Shown: in pieces, positions 25,433-40,187 of the stretch | Position numbering within the stretch: position 1 is the stretch's first letter | How the letters are laid out: the number at the start of each line of letters is the position of its first letter | Origin: Octopus sinensis | Taxonomy: Eukaryota | NCBI RefSeq assembly: GCF_006345805.1 | Contig: NC_043002.1 | Span: 23,064,001-23,128,000, forward strand | Direction of reading: 5' to 3' | Length of the DNA: 64,000 nt | The notes under the pieces: generated by a model | Databases searched by the model: none | What the model was told of the DNA's origin: nothing | Seen by the model: the letters and a program-made list of their open reading frames with translations, nothing else | Position numbers and translations under genes: made by a program

Positions 25433-27201
25433 GTAAGTAATGTCATACGCATACACATGCACTTAGGTACATACACATACAACTATACGCAAACTTTGTG
25501 AACGCTCATTCAGATACATACGCATGTACGCACACATGTATTTATAGGAGGCAGTTCTGACCGTAGATGATGGCTGTACCCATGCGCCTCATATTCCTGG
25601 GCTCCGAGACTGGTTAGATTGAAACCGTTAATGCTTTACCCTAAAAATTAGTAGGAAACATGTGCAGGGAAGTAATACAAAAGAGATGACATTCTGTAGC
25701 AGAAGGACTGGGCGCAGTGTTTATTACATTTCCGCTTTTGATTCAGTATGGTTGATGAGAGGATGTAACATGAGAGTTGAAAGCGTCTCATAAGAATTGT
25801 CGCTGGGGGTGGGGAATCAGCTCCGAGAATCCAAGGACACAGTAGATTTATCGCGCTGAACACCGGGCCATATTAGTTGTTACATTTTGAAGAGTTCTGC
25901 ATCCTAACAGGGGATAAAGACTACTCAAGCGCATTGACATTATTGGCAGAAAAACACATGAGACTGAGAACTTACTAACAATAATAATAATGGACAGAGT
26001 TCCTGGCTTGGTAGTTGCAACCGTTTCATGAATACATAGGACTGCATTATTCAATGTTTTTCTTCCTTCAATAAGACAGTTAAAGTATATTTAGAGTGAG
26101 GCTTGTCTGTTATCTCTACCTGGTCGCGGACACTTCGTTCGTTTTTTCTCCCTAATTTGTTCCAATATGGTTTCAAATTTGGGCGCAAGACCAGCAATTT
26201 TGCGGGGGGGTGTAGTCGACTACATCGAAACCAATACTAATACTCGTATTTATTTTATCGACCCCGAAAGGGTGAAAGGTAAATTCGACCCCGGCCGGCG
26301 GAATTTGAACTCAGAACGTAAAGACAGACGAAATGCTGCTAAGAATTTTACCAGGCGTGCCAACTCGCCTTGTAAGTTGACTCATATTGTTGAGTTATAT
26401 TTGCTTCTAACCCTTGCCGGTAACCCTCACAGCCATTCCTTCCGTTAATTGCAGTGTAGGGATCAAATCTGGCCAAGACTGGACGTCATTACTTATTATT
26501 TCTCGACTTGTCTTCTTGTAAAAGCTAAATATTTGTCGTTTGAAGTGGTTGTTGTTGTGGTTGTCGTCGTTTAGCGAAGTTTATCCCTTTTCTAAAAATG
26601 CTAATTTCAAAGATACTCCAGCTGCGACAATCTGGTCTTTTGCTTAGATTTAATATATTTACTAATTTACTAATGATTTGTAGGTACGTGGTATTTCATT
26701 ATGCAACCATAATATACTATAAAGTATATGGGTATACCAATTTACATATTAAACGCATTCCTAGAGCTGGTACGTAAAGACTAATGATTTGTAGGTACTT
26801 AACACCGCTGGATGAGATGGCTATATAAACAATGTGTTCGGAGGCGAGAATGGGTTACATGGGTGCTGATGAAGGGGGCAAAATCCCCAGAAATACGTAT
26901 ATTCGCTCATTACCCATTTTTATCTTCGATCTCATTGTCTCATTGTCTCATTGTAGCAAAATTCAGAGTTGGCTATAATTTCTATAGAATATCTGTAGAA
27001 ATAACCTTAACAAAATAATCCTTTCTACTGTAGGTACAATGCCTGAAATGTTAGGCAGGAGGTAAATCGATCTCATCGACCCCAGTACTTGACTGGTTCT
27101 TAATTTATCGACCCAGAACCTTAACAAAATAATATAAGCACTGCTGACGCAGTAGAACATGCTGTTGGCTTATAAAGACATTTAATATACTTTATAGTAT
27201 A

Positions 27202-27593
27202 CTAGCAGTATCGCCCGGCGTTGCTCAGGTTTGTTTCGACCCTTTAGAATTGGAATTTTTGAAAAGTAAAACTTTTGCATTATGTATCTTGTTATTCTCT
27301 TTAAGAGAACATTTTTCTGGTTGAAATACACCGAAAAATGGCGTCACAGCAGTCAAAAAATCGTAAAAAAATAGGGATTGTCATAGAAAAAAAAGTACCT
27401 TTTTGATGTAATTAATTTTTGGTGTTAACATGGTCCGATTAAAATTTTTTTCTACGGAAGGAAGAGCAAGCCTTCTTCTATCAAACTCTCAATTTTGGTC
27501 AACTTGTGCTGCAGGGTCTCGGAGGAGATAGTGTTAGTTGAAGCCTACCAAACCTGCCATACACAGACAACTTCAGCTTTATATATACAGAGA
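27202..27593 (-). mobile_element. non-autonomous Helitron
   Basis: On the minus strand: A|TCTCTGTATATAT ... CCTGAGCAACGCCGGG hairpin ... CTAG|T. These are canonical Helitron ends inserted between A and T. Confidence 0.85.
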
Positions 27594-27936
27594 TTATGAT
27601 TCCATAACGAAACGCCACGTTCCTACAAATGATTAGTCTTTAGGTACCAGTTCCAGGAATGCGTTTAATATGTAAATTGATATACCCTATAACTTAACAC
27701 TGCTGCATGTGGTCGCTATATAAGCAATGTGTTCGGAAGCAAGAATGAGTTAGATGGGTGCTGATCAACGGGCAAAAACCCCCTGAAACATGGCATATTC
27801 ACTCATTACCGACTTTTGTCTTCAATCTCAGTGTTTGTTTACACGTGACGTCTCGATACGAAACGTTGTAGCAAAAATTAGTGCTGACTATAATTTCTTT
27901 AGTATATCTGTAGAAATAAAATATAATACGTGCACC

Positions 27937-28178
27937 CTTTTGAAGCCTAACCAGGCTCATGGGCCCGGTTCCCCGGTTTCAAGGGCGTATGTGTTCCCCA
28001 GCTGGACGGGACGCCAGTCCTTCGCAGCGTTACTCATTTTTGCCAGCTGAGTGGACTGGAGCAACGTGAAATGAAATGTTTTGCTCAAGAACACAACGCG
28101 TCGCCTGGTCCAGGAATCGAAACCACAATCTTACGATCATGATGCTGACACCCTAACCACTAAGTCACGCGCCTCTAC
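27937..28178 (-). mobile_element. SINE family C copy
   Basis: Matches 2064-2300. Confidence 0.88.
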
Positions 28179-29485
28179 ATCTGTAGAAATAACCATAACA
28201 AAATTACTATTAGTACAATGTCCTTCTTTTAAAGATGGTGACTGTAAGATTAAGGATATTTGGCTGTTATCTTTAGTTTTTCCTTAGTTTGTATGAAGCT
28301 GTTGCTGTTTAGCCCAAGGTTAGCTTTGGTGGAGAATATTTATAATCAATACTATCTACCTATGTCTGTCACGTTTATTTTCTTTTTCAAACCATTAATC
28401 TCTTACTGCAATTTCCAATGTATCTTCCTTTACCTAGAATGTGGCAAGAGAAAGATTTCCTTGTTATTTCTAGTCGGTCAAGCAACCACATAGAAGTTTC
28501 CTCGTTAATTTAAAACAAGTGGATGCTGTGGGGTGGTCTAATTAATATAATTATCATAAATTAAAACCACAAAATACTTCGTTAATGACAGCATGACATT
28601 TGAATTAACTTGAGAGAAAAAAACTGATTGCTGGAACGTTGAGTAGGGCAGAGGGAAAGGAAGAGTGTGTCAGGGATCAGGGATCAGGGATGTGTGTATG
28701 CGTGGTGGTGGTGGTGGTGGTGAGGGCGATGGAGGTGGTGACGATGGGGGAGCAGGCAAAGGATCAGAACGTGTGATTAAGTGTCTCGATTTTTTTTTAA
28801 AGTCTAAATGCTAGCATTGATGAAAATCAAACTGAATAGTTGGCACATGAAACGTGAGAGGCTAATGATGATGATGATGATGATGATGACGATGATGACG
28901 AAGATGGCGATGACGGCGAAGGGGGACGGGAATGGGGAGGATGCGTAGGAGTAAAAAGCAAGAGAAGTGAGGAAAATATGCCAAACCAACCAGTAGGCAT
29001 TTGGCTCACGAGCAGAACATTCAACAGCAACGATGCCATTAACAACAATGACGTAATAGTTCTGTTTTAGTTGTTGCCCAGGGTTACAGCAGGATCTCAA
29101 ATACCAGATAAATTAGGTTTGCGTTATTTCCTATATACAATGCACATCTGTGCATGCGTACGCGCGTGTGTGTATGTGTGTGCGGACTGCACGAATTGCT
29201 TCCATATTTGAGATGCATGAATAATTTGACCCCGGATACATAACAGGTTCTTCAGTTTATTTTTTTTATTAAAAATAAATAATATTACGGAGATGTACTT
29301 GCATAGCAAGTGACCTGGAATGAAAACAATTGCAGCGTGGAAGGTGTTTTATAAGCCATTTAAGAAATACACAAAAACCGTTAGATTCATTTCAACTTTT
29401 AAATTCAATTTGCCAAAATATCTTCGTCGCTTTGAGACCGCGACCTGTTCACTGACAAAATTCCGTGCTGCATAATAAATAAATA

Positions 29486-29898
29486 GGATCTTTTCGGTTT
29501 GAACGGCAGTTTTTTCTAGCGGTTCATATGAAATTGTCACCCATAATTATGACCCTAGTATCGATCTATTGCATTTCAATCTGTTTTAGGGTTACGGTTA
29601 GGGGTGGGGGGAAGGGTATTTTTTTCCTTCAGAAATGTAAATAAACCCAATCTGTTTCTTAAACGAGGGACTTATTCATACGGCACAGAATGTTTTCACC
29701 TCAATAGACGTCACTGATTGGTTCAAATTGCAGAAATTGAAGAAAAAAAAACAAATATCTTACAAACTACAGAATTTTCTCAATAAAGCCAAGAGAAAAA
29801 GATGTTTTATAAACACATTCTACCAGTATACGAAGTTTAAAAGTGTTTAGTTACGTGGAAATTATTTTAAAAAACTGCCGTTCAAACCGAAAGGATCC
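29486..29898. mobile_element. related MITE, TIRs ggatcttttcggtttgaacggcagtttt / aaaactgccgttcaaaccgaaaggatcc, 8-bp TSD aataaata
   Basis: TSD at 29478-29485 and 29899-29906. The right subterminal sequence is shared with 4315-4633. Confidence 0.85.
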
Positions 29899-30550
29899 AA
29901 TAAATAATATTGCTTTATATTTATGGTTCACTTCTTTAAAAAGGTTTCTCAAAGTCAACTTCCGGCATCGACGTAGGAACGGCAAAATTTTCCCATCTTC
30001 ATTTGCGAAATCTCTGTCTATTTCAATGTTTTCTTTTCACGTTTTAATTCGCTATTTGTAAACAACGATAAATCACTGAAAGAAATATTTACTAAGTTCA
30101 CAAATTTCCCTTGAATCTGCTCATTTTGTTAATTTCCGTAAAAGGTTTTGGTTTATATCACTTCTTGCGCGCCGTGTTCAGCTCTAAGTATTTGTAGTCA
30201 GTCACAACGCACATGTGTGTTTTTGTATGTGCCTTTGTATACATTTATGTATGTGCGTGTGAGAGAGAGGGAGAGAAGGGGTTTGTTGTCATGTATACGT
30301 ATATATATAAACACATATGCATACATCTTTTCTTGTATGTATGTGTGTGTGAGAGAGAGAGAGAGAGAGGCAGAGAGAGAATGATGTCTAAGTGGCACTC
30401 ACGCTCTCTCTCTCACACACACGCACACATACATACAAAAAAGCTGTATGCATATTTATGTATGTACCTATATATGACAACACACCCCTTAACTCGCTCT
30501 CTCTCTCTCTCTCACACACACACTTCTATTTCATTTGATGCTTGATACTT

Positions 30551-30581
<31 letters not shown>

Positions 30582-30789
30582 GTGCGTGTGCGTACGTGCG
30601 TGCGTACGTGTGTGCAACGTCCACAACCGCCATTTATTTCAATCACTCATGGGAAGATATTCACGTAACTCATTTTTTTTCATTTAAACCCCATTTTAAT
30701 TTTCCAGGTAGCCAATATGGACTTCTGCAAACTCTGTTAACTCTATTAAGTATGTTTGCAAATATATAAACAAAAGTTTAGATGTTGCA

Positions 30790-33393
30790 GCATACACTCT
30801 CATGCAGAATGGCAATCAGCAGGTAAATAAAAATGACGAAGATGCACAGTATGACAGAGGAAGATACATCAGTACCAATGAGGCTTTTTGGCGCATCTTC
30901 AGTTTTCCCATTCATGAGAGGCACCCGGCCATCATTCATCTGAGTGTCCATCTAGAGCAGTGCTTTTCAAACTTTTTGCTGGAGCGGAACCCCAAAGAAA
31001 CATTCCACTGGCTCAAGGAACCCCTGTGCAATAATTTTATAGTCTTGCGCACACATATCTGCACAGGAGAAATAAAATTTACTGCCGATTTTAGCAGTTT
31101 TGTAACTTCTTGCGGAACCCCTGGACTGTACTGGCGGAACCCTGGTTGAAAACCACTGATCTAGAGAATGGCCACAGGGTTATCTTTACAAAACAAACAG
31201 CCTTGCAACAAGCACTTTCTCCAAAAGAAACTACCCTTACTGCATTTTTTAAGTTGTGTCAAGTAGATGAAGATGCAAGAAAGCCCATTTACCCACAATT
31301 ACTTTACTCACAAGTATTACACCTGGAGAAACAATAAATGGCACAAGAGGAAACGTGGGGCTGGCACTCTTGCAAGGGTTTACAGTGCCCCCCACAAGCC
31401 AAGCAGAATGCTACTACTTACGGCTCCTTTAGTATGAAGTACGCGTTCACAAATCATTCCAAAATTTGAGGAGGGTAAGTGGTCATGTGTGTAAAACTTA
31501 TAGAGAAGCATGCTATCAACAAGGTTTTTTAGAAAATGATGAGCATTGGGACCTTGCATTGACTGAAGCTTCAGTATCAGATTCTCTAAGGAAACTCAGT
31601 GACCTTTTTGCAATTATACTGAAACATCGTAAAACATAGCTGAGGACTTAAAGTATGCAATTCAACAGGCCAACCTGTTGAATATCACTATTCGGTTTTC
31701 TGAAATAATTTTTAACCAAACACTGATTGAAAATGAGAATCAAGTTTTGGCCATGGGAGGCAAAAATTTACAAGAGTCTGGCTCTGGACTGCCAAAACCA
31801 AACTATTAAACATAGCAAGAGAGACAAATTATGACATCGCAGACTTGGCTGCATTTGTTAATGAACACGAACCTTAACATCTTCCAGAACAACGCTGTGC
31901 ATATGATAAAATTATTTCTACAGTCAGAGAAAAACATGGAGGAATTTTCTTTCTTGATAATCCTGGTAACACAGGTAAAACATTTGTAACAACATTGCTT
32001 CTCTCCAAGGTAAGGCAACAAAAAAGAATTGCAGATGCTGTTGTATTGTCTGACATTGCTGCCACCATTCTCCTAGGAGGATGAACAGCTCATTTTGCTT
32101 TTGAATTACCGCTAAACCTGGCCACAAATGACAGTCCAATTTGTAACATAAGCAAAGGTTCAGGTTCAGCAGAAGCGTTGCGCCAGTGCCACCTGATCAT
32201 TTGGGATGAATGCACCACGTCACACACAGGTACAATGGAAGCTCTTGATAAAATCTTGTAGGACATAAGAGACAACAATAAATCTATGTGAGGAGTTACA
32301 TTAGTTTTATTAGGAGACTTCAAACAGACATTACCAGTCATTCAGAGATAAACAAGACCTGATGAAATAAAAGCATGCATTAAGTCGTCCCACCTTTGGA
32401 ATAAAGTACAGAAATTCTCCTTCAGTACTAACGTGTGAGCTTTATTACATGGGGACCAATGTGCAGAACAGTTTTCAACCTGGCTCATCCCATTAAGAAA
32501 TGGGAAAATACCAGCTGAATTGAAGAACAGGGTATTTCCCGACTTAAGTAATAATTATAATTCACATAAATGTTTGTGGGAAAGAGCAATTCTTGCTCCA
32601 AAAATGAGACAGTAGCAAGGACTAACCATGAATTAATGAATAAGGTTCCAACAGTCATTAAGGAGTACAAATCAGTTGATTCAGTCCTTGATGAAAACCA
32701 AGCTGCGCATTACAAAACAGAGTTCCTTAATTCTCTTGAACCACCTGGAACTCCTTCACATAAACTTCTCATAAAGGTAAAAGTTCTATCAATGCTTCTA
32801 AGAAAGTTAGATCCTCTTAAATTATGCAATGGGACGAGGTTGATTCTGAAGGCATTATTACCTAATGTGATAGAAGCTACCATCATTACTGGATGTATCT
32901 CTGGGGAAGAGGTTTTCATTTCGAGAATTCCAATCAAACCAAGACATGCCATTTGAGTTCAAACGAATACAATTCCCAGTGCGACTTTGCTTTGCAATGT
33001 CTATTGATAAAGCTCAAGGTGAGACTTTGAAATATACTGGCTTGCACATAATTGAGCCTTGCTTTTCTCATGGTCAACTTTATGTTGGTTGCTCCAGGTT
33101 TGGTAGTTTGCAAGACTTATTTGTCTATGCTTCAAACCAGAAAACAAAGTTGTTTACCCGCTTTCGTAATTTCCTTCAACATATGTGATATAATTTATCT
33201 ATTTTCATAAAGTGGTAAATTTTGTATTTTCGTTTTTTTTTTCGTTATTATTATATTCTTTTTTTTTTGTATTATGAATTCAGAATTGATTTCAAATTTA
33301 GAATAACAAATTTGTATACAACATATTTTGCTTTTTTCTTCCAATATATAAGGAGCAATTTCATTCCTGGGCAATGCCGGGTGCCTCTGCTAG
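30790..33393 (+). mobile_element. Helitron, 5'-truncated, decayed RepHel/PIF1 helicase
   Basis: YISTNEAFWRIFSFPIHERHPAIIHLSVHLE, Walker A-like PGNTGKT, IIWDECT, LGDFKQTLPV, LCNGTRL, QFPVRLCFAMSIDKAQG and CFSHGQLYVGCSR. The 3' hairpin cctgggcaatgccggg is followed by CTAG|T at 33390-33394. Many stops. Confidence 0.93.
30958..31158. mobile_element. hAT (Charlie-like) MITE nested in the Helitron
   Basis: TIRs cagtgcttttcaaac / ggttgaaaaccactg and 8-bp TSD atctagag (30950-30957, 31159-31166). Excision restores HLE-NGHRV. Confidence 0.92.
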
Positions 33394-33801
33394 TGGAGCA
33401 TAATAACCACAGCGACAAGTGTAGAGCGATGGTTGGCTTGCGTGGTAAGATGTGGAATGTGTTTCATATTGAAGTTTCAATCCTGACTGAAGAGGTATAG
33501 CAACGTAGAGTGGTTGTAGAATCTGGGCAACAGTCTGTGTCTGCCATATAGGTTTCAATCCCAACTAAGAAAGTATTCCAACATAGAGAGGTGGCAGTCT
33601 CGAGTGACGTGCTGTTTTTGTTATGCAGATTTCAATCCTGTCTGACAAGTATTGTAACATTAAGTGAGGGTGGGTTCGGGTGGCATGCTAGTCGTGTTTT
33701 ATTTCCAGTAATTTCATATTTCATTTCGCATCACATATATCATACCGTTGCTGCTGCTTCCTGTTGCGTTTCATATTGCAGTCAAAAATCGAGCGATAGA
33801 C

Positions 33802-33895
<94 letters not shown>

Positions 33896-34568
33896 GTAGG
33901 TAGGTAGGTAGGCGGAGAGATAGATGGATTCTGCTCTGCCAGATTAAAATTTTTTTCTCTTTGATTGAGACATTACATAATCTTCAAGTCTTCAGTAGCT
34001 TATTATGGGAATGGGGAAGGACATGACACTGCTTCATATTAGTACTCGCCTATTGCAGCTACAACATCCTTGCAGGAATCCGACACCATTCCTTCCTGCT
34101 TCCGCAAAATGACAGACAGAAGAACTAAAATTGTAACGGAAAGAACAAATATAATGTGATAAGAGATCAAAGAGTATTGATTGGTAGTATAGAAACAAGA
34201 TTACATATTTGTGGGATGAGGAGGTATATAGATGATTGTATCGACCCACTATACTTGGATGATATTTATTTACAGATCTTAGAAGGATTGCAGAAAATGC
34301 CGACATTAGTGTAATTCGAACTCAGAATGTAAAGAAACGTTTTAAATACCATGACTCATTAAATCTAATGTTCTCCTGAATCTATCACTCATCACCATTG
34401 GTTAGATAATATTACTAGATATTATGGCGATGCTATTAACATAGTATTTGAAGAAATGATATAAAGGCGGCAATCTAGCAGGATCGACAGTACGGCAGAC
34501 AAAATGCTTAGCGGCATTTCGTCTGTCTTTACGTTCTGAGTTCAAATTCCATATACGTGTGTGTGTGT

Positions 34569-34620
<52 letters not shown>

Positions 34621-34931
34621 TTGTGTGTGTGTGTATGTGTGTATACTGATATAAAATACGAGGAATTTTCGTCTGGGTGACTCAAACTAATAGGCATGCG
34701 CTCTGAGTGCTAGAAGTAGTTTCCCCTTGAGCCGGTACACGTATAGATTAAAGCAGAAATGAAAAGGCATGCAGTTTGAAAGGATCTGACAATTACATTT
34801 AATTTAGCCAGAGTCGCAAACTCTTAATAGCACTCACACGTAGACACATACACGGATTTGTTGGAGTAATATATAAACATGCGCGCGCGCGCCAATATTG
34901 TTTTCTCATCAACTTCCCTTCGTTTTTCTAG

Positions 34932-35024
34932 ATGCATATCGTCCACTATTCCCAGAAATACCCTAATATATCGGAGGCCCTCACGAAGAAGAACGGTTTA
35001 GCTGTGCTGGCTATTTTCTTCGAA
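34932..35024 (+). CDS. CA: alpha-carbonic anhydrase exon: MHIVHYSQKYPNISEALTKKNGLAVLAIFFE
   Basis: tttttctag acceptor and GAA|gtaagt donor, phase 0-0. (E)MHIVH carries the His119 equivalent, followed by the GLAVLA motif. Absent from the ORF track because it is short. Confidence 0.96.
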
Positions 35025-36899
35025 GTAAGTAGTAAAGCTTATAAAACCTATTGATTTTATTGTTGCTGTCTTTGTTCCTTCTTTCTTTCAGTTTTTCTAA
35101 CTTTGCTTTGTTCTCTTTTGCGCACATTCTTCCCTTGTGATAAAGGGGGCAAATGGTTAAGGTTTTCGGCTTCATGGAAAAGTCGATGTGTTGTGTCCTT
35201 GAGCTGCGTTCTTCATTTCACGTTGCTACTGTCTAATCAGCTGTAATGAGTACCAAGTAGGTGTTTGTACAGCCATCTTCCCTCTGGCTATCACACCGTG
35301 AATATTCTGTTGGGTCAAGGTTAGAATGGCCGAGAGGTTATCTATAATTGCTTAGGACTACATAGGCAGCTAAAGCAATCGTACAAAAGCATGTTACCAA
35401 GCTATACTTGCTCGTAATTGGCAGCTGGCCCTATACTACATTCCTATATTTTGTTACATGCTAGACATATGGTAGATATACAGGAATTAAGTCACACCAG
35501 GCCCATTTTTCGTTTGATCCCTCCTAAGTTAATAAAATTAATACCAGCCAATAAAGAAGAAGTAGTGGATTGTTGTAATTGACTGTAATTTAGGAAGAGA
35601 CGTGCAAGCCCTAGTTTCGTCGTTATTCAATGACTGAAACTATAAAATCATTTTCTTTTCCATTTCCTCATTCTGCACTTCTAGAAATATAACGGAGACC
35701 TTCAAAGAAGAGTAGGATTGACTTTGATTTTTATCTTTCCGGATTGATGAATATATGTATTGAGGTTGCACAAACCATAAAAAGTGATATATCTCCTACA
35801 GTTCCTACAGACTGGAAACTTTAAAAGGATAAAATAATGTTTTACATAAGTTTGCAGCAATAAAATATTTGGTTGGTTGGCAAAAGAACAAAAATCTATG
35901 TCCAAATGCAGAAAATATCTATTAATCGTTAGCAAAAAAATATGTTATCGTTTTGACGACGACAGAAAAAAAAAATATACCTAATGAGTCAGTTCGTGTG
36001 TGTCTGTGCGAGATGTGTGTGCCAGCAATGATAGTGGATTGATGTAGTTATTGAATTCTATTGCCGAAATGAGTGATGTAAATTCTCTCAGTATTTTGCG
36101 TTGTGATTACTAATCAGTTACCAGACAAATCACCGATGTATGCCCATGGTCTGTCTAGAAAATACGCCAAGGACAAAATCGTTTATGACATTCCAAAATG
36201 TTGTTCATCGCAAAATACTGTTTAAGGCAAAATGGTTATGTTTATTACAACTGCTGGGACTATTATTTTTTACCAGTTAGCCTAGCTACTGAAAAAACAA
36301 GTTCTTAATATGTTTACCAGAAGCCTGAATGGTTAGTTGCTTGTTGACGTCATCAATCCCACACAAGATCCTGTTTTGGAGTTTACAGTTACTTTCACGT
36401 CTGAACAGAGTGATTTCGGGTTCAATTCCTAGGCAGTGAGTTGCTGTTTAGGACTCTGTCAATATTCACGCTACGTATTCTATAGATATGCTATAACGAT
36501 GTGTTATAAATATATATCATATAGATGTGCGTGTAGGTCTGTGGTTATGTGCCCGTCACCGTGTCTGCCTTTTCGTTTACGCGGGTGTTTTATGTTTAAG
36601 TAACGTCACTTAAGCATTCGACAAATAAGAATCGATGAAAAAAACAGATATCAAAATAAGAAACAGGGCCGATTTGATCAATTAAAAGCCTTTCAGGTAG
36701 AGCCCTGATTTGGCCGTAATACAATCGCTGAAGCAAATAAAACAAGTTGCTATTTGTGTGCAATCTCACAGTAAAGAGTCTTGCGTAACTTTGTTTTTAT
36801 ATATCATAATATACATATTCATACATATATAAACATGGTATATGTGCATTTCCACACTCACACACACAGACACATACATATATGTATATATTTACACAC

Positions 36900-37518
36900 A
36901 CCTATATGTATTATATATTATGTGCATACATACATACATACATACAAATATACATACATACATGCATACATACATACATACATACATATACATATATACG
37001 CAGGGCACGTACAAGCCTACACACAGGACACGCACATTCTCACACACATATATGTACACATATATACACACACTCACACACACACACATATATATACATA
37101 TATATATATATGTCTGTGTATGTATGTATGGATGGATGGATGGATGGATGTAAGTGTGTGTGTGCGTTCGTGCGTGCATGCGTGTGTGTATGTATGTATG
37201 TTGTATGTATGTTTGTATGTATGTATGTATGTATGTATGTATGTATGTAGTATGTATGTATGTATGTTGTATGTATGTATGTATGTATGTATGTATGTAT
37301 GTTGTATGTATGTATGTGTGTGTGTGTATGTATGTATGTATTATGTTTGTATGTATGTATGTATGTATGTATTATGTATGTATGTATGTATGGGTGCGTG
37401 TATGTATGTATGGTATGTATGTATGCATGTATGTATGTATGTATGTATGTATGTATATATGTATGTTTGTATTATGTGTGTATGTATGTATGTATGTATG
37501 TTTGTATGTATGTATGTA

Positions 37519-37549
<31 letters not shown>

Positions 37550-37600
37550 ATGTATGTATGTATGTATGTATGTATGTATGTATGCGTGTGTGTATATATG
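36900..37600. repeat. compound (CATA)n / (TATG)n microsatellite
   Basis: Read directly. Confidence 0.95.
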
Positions 37601-38391
37601 TATAATTGCTTCTTTCACTTCAGCATTTTTTTTTAATGGCCATCAAATATAAAATGAGTCGAACAAGACGATCGTAAATGTCTGAGTGCTGAAAGGGAAA
37701 TATTAGCTTCGTTTTCTTAAGCCAAGCAGACGATAACGAAGAAGAAAAAGGAAACTAAGCAGGAAATGAAGGACATTGGCTATAAATAGTGTAAATATTG
37801 ATACAAGGAAAATATCTACACGGTAGAACATTTGTAATTTACATACGCGCGCGCGCGCGCGTGTGTGTGTATTACTATGTTGCTTGTTTCAGTCATTAGA
37901 CTGTGCCCATGATGGAGTTTTTTTTCAAGGCTGATGATTATCGATCTGTTTCTCGAAACGCTAAATTGCGTGTCTCGAACGTAGAACATCGTTTACGAAG
38001 CTGTCTAGACAAAGAGCGACAAGAAGACAGATACATATGTACGCATATACACATACTCACGCGCATACATACACACATACATACATACATACAAACGTAC
38101 ACGCATTCGCACAGACGTACACACGTACAAGTATATATCATATACATGCATGCTGCTGCTGCTGCTATAGTGCAAAACGAGATGGAAGAATAGAAATCGA
38201 ATACCAAGGGTATGTCTGATGAACAGTCATGTGAAACTCTTGTGTTTCATACATACAGACACACACACACACACATACACACATACACACACGCATATAT
38301 TATATATATATATATATGTATGTGAGTGTGTATGTGCGTGTGTGTATGGATAGATATATTTACGCATATATCCATATATCTGTATGTATAG

Positions 38392-38475
<84 letters not shown>

Positions 38476-38794
38476 ATAATCGTGGTTCTCCGTCGGTTGC
38501 GACGACGAGGTTCCAGTTGATCCGATCAACAGAACAGCCTGCTCGTGAAATGAACGTGTAAGTGGCTGAGCACTCCACAGACACATGTACCCTTAACGTA
38601 GTTCTCGGGCAGATTCAGCGTGACACAGTGTGTGACAAGGCTGGCCCCTTGAAAGACAGGTACAACAGAAACAGGAAGAAAGAGTGACAGAAAGTTATGG
38701 TGAAAAGGTACAGCAGGAGTCGCCACCACCCTCCTGCCGGATCCTCGTGGAACCCTAACCACTGGGCCTTTGCGCCTCCACAAATGCGCTCTTT

Positions 38795-39032
38795 TAAAAC
38801 CTAACCAGGCTCATGGGTCCGGTTTCCCTGTTTCGATGGCGTATGTGTTCCCCAACTGAACGGGACGCCAGTGCATCGCAGCGTTACTCATTTTTGCCAG
38901 CTGAGTGGACTGGAGCAACGTGAAATGAAGTGTTTTGCTCAACAACACAACGCGTCGCCGTGTCCAGGAATCGAAACCACAGTCTTACGATCATGATACT
39001 GACACCCTAACCACTAAGCCACGCAGCCTCCA
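38795..39032 (-). mobile_element. SINE family C copy
   Basis: Matches 2064-2300. Confidence 0.88.
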
Positions 39033-39894
39033 CAGTAATAAATAATAGTATTTCAAAATGTGCGATTTTATCTATGAAGAAAGAGAATAAACTTATCGAA
39101 AGAATGGATTTTCCAACCTGTCAACTCACCACAAAAGGAATAATAATAAATATTTTGCAATGTATCCATACTTATCAACTTATTCGGTCAGTGTTTGCAT
39201 ATAATTATTTCTACAAGCCATAAGTTCAATATATTGTATTTCTATGGTATCTATATGTATGGATATCTTATCTACATTCATGGTTAGTTTTTGAATGTAT
39301 TTAGTACTGGTATTTATTGTTGTCCTACAGCCAAGGCATATACGAGTCGGAGAAGGTCTGGACCCTTAAGCATTTGGCACATAGAGTCACCAGTGTGTGA
39401 ACATAACCTGGTGTAATGGAATAGTCTTCCTGCATAAGTGTTGAATAGATCTTATGCATTAAAATTAAGCTTGAACGAACGGGTGACTAACAGAATAAAC
39501 AGTAAATAAAACGGTAGAAATCAACGAGAAAACATTATCTCTTTCCCTAGAGAAACCCGGCATCTTCATACTTTGGCATTGCGGTCATTGATCTACAACG
39601 TTTGTAGGTATGGCACATGAAGAGTGAGAGTGAGAAAGAGAGAGATCTATGATTCCAGTCATCGATATCTAAAAGACATTATGGCTTTATGTATCTACGT
39701 GTTTATATATTAGTATATTTTTCTGCACATATGTTGGCCATGTTTAAAAGCATTCCATATATTTTGCATTATGTTAAAGAAATTGCGTAAATATGTTTCT
39801 CTGTTTGTAAACATAGTTTTGTTATAATTCCTGCACAAAACGATTTTTTATTATATATAAACACATTCACACTCATACACATGCACACATTACA

Positions 39895-40142
39895 CATAGC
39901 AGCGTCCTTGTAAGCTGTTTGAAGCATGACAACTGTTTCGACCGCCGTTTTCCCCAGCATAAAACAGAATTTCACAGAAGCACGTTGTTCCTTAGTCTCA
40001 GCGATCGCAAAAATCAACGAGAAACACTGCAAAAGAAATACGCATCACATGGCAGAGTGACCTCAACAGACGACGCCGGTCGGCAGACTGATGCCTGATG
40101 GTCACATCAAGTGGCTTTTAGCGGCGGAAGCCTGAACTACAT
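39895..40142 (-). mobile_element. inverted mariner 5' end (EQRASVKFCFMLGKTAVETVVMLQTAYKDAAM)
   Basis: Reverse complement of 40188-40380 with roughly 10% substitutions, and extends further into the HTH region. Confidence 0.85.
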
Positions 40143-40187
40143 ACTATCCAAAAGTAACTGGAAACGTTCTCTGTTAGACAAGCCCAA

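Noticed and set aside
26680-26790. Possible additional CA exon (tttgtag|gtacgtggtatttcattatg)
   Set aside because: It belongs to the duplicated repeat also seen near 27640, and the exon at 34932 already supplies MHIVH in the correct phase.
30790-33190. Host PIF1 helicase gene
   Set aside because: Many stops and frameshifts, a nested MITE and a Helitron 3' terminus.
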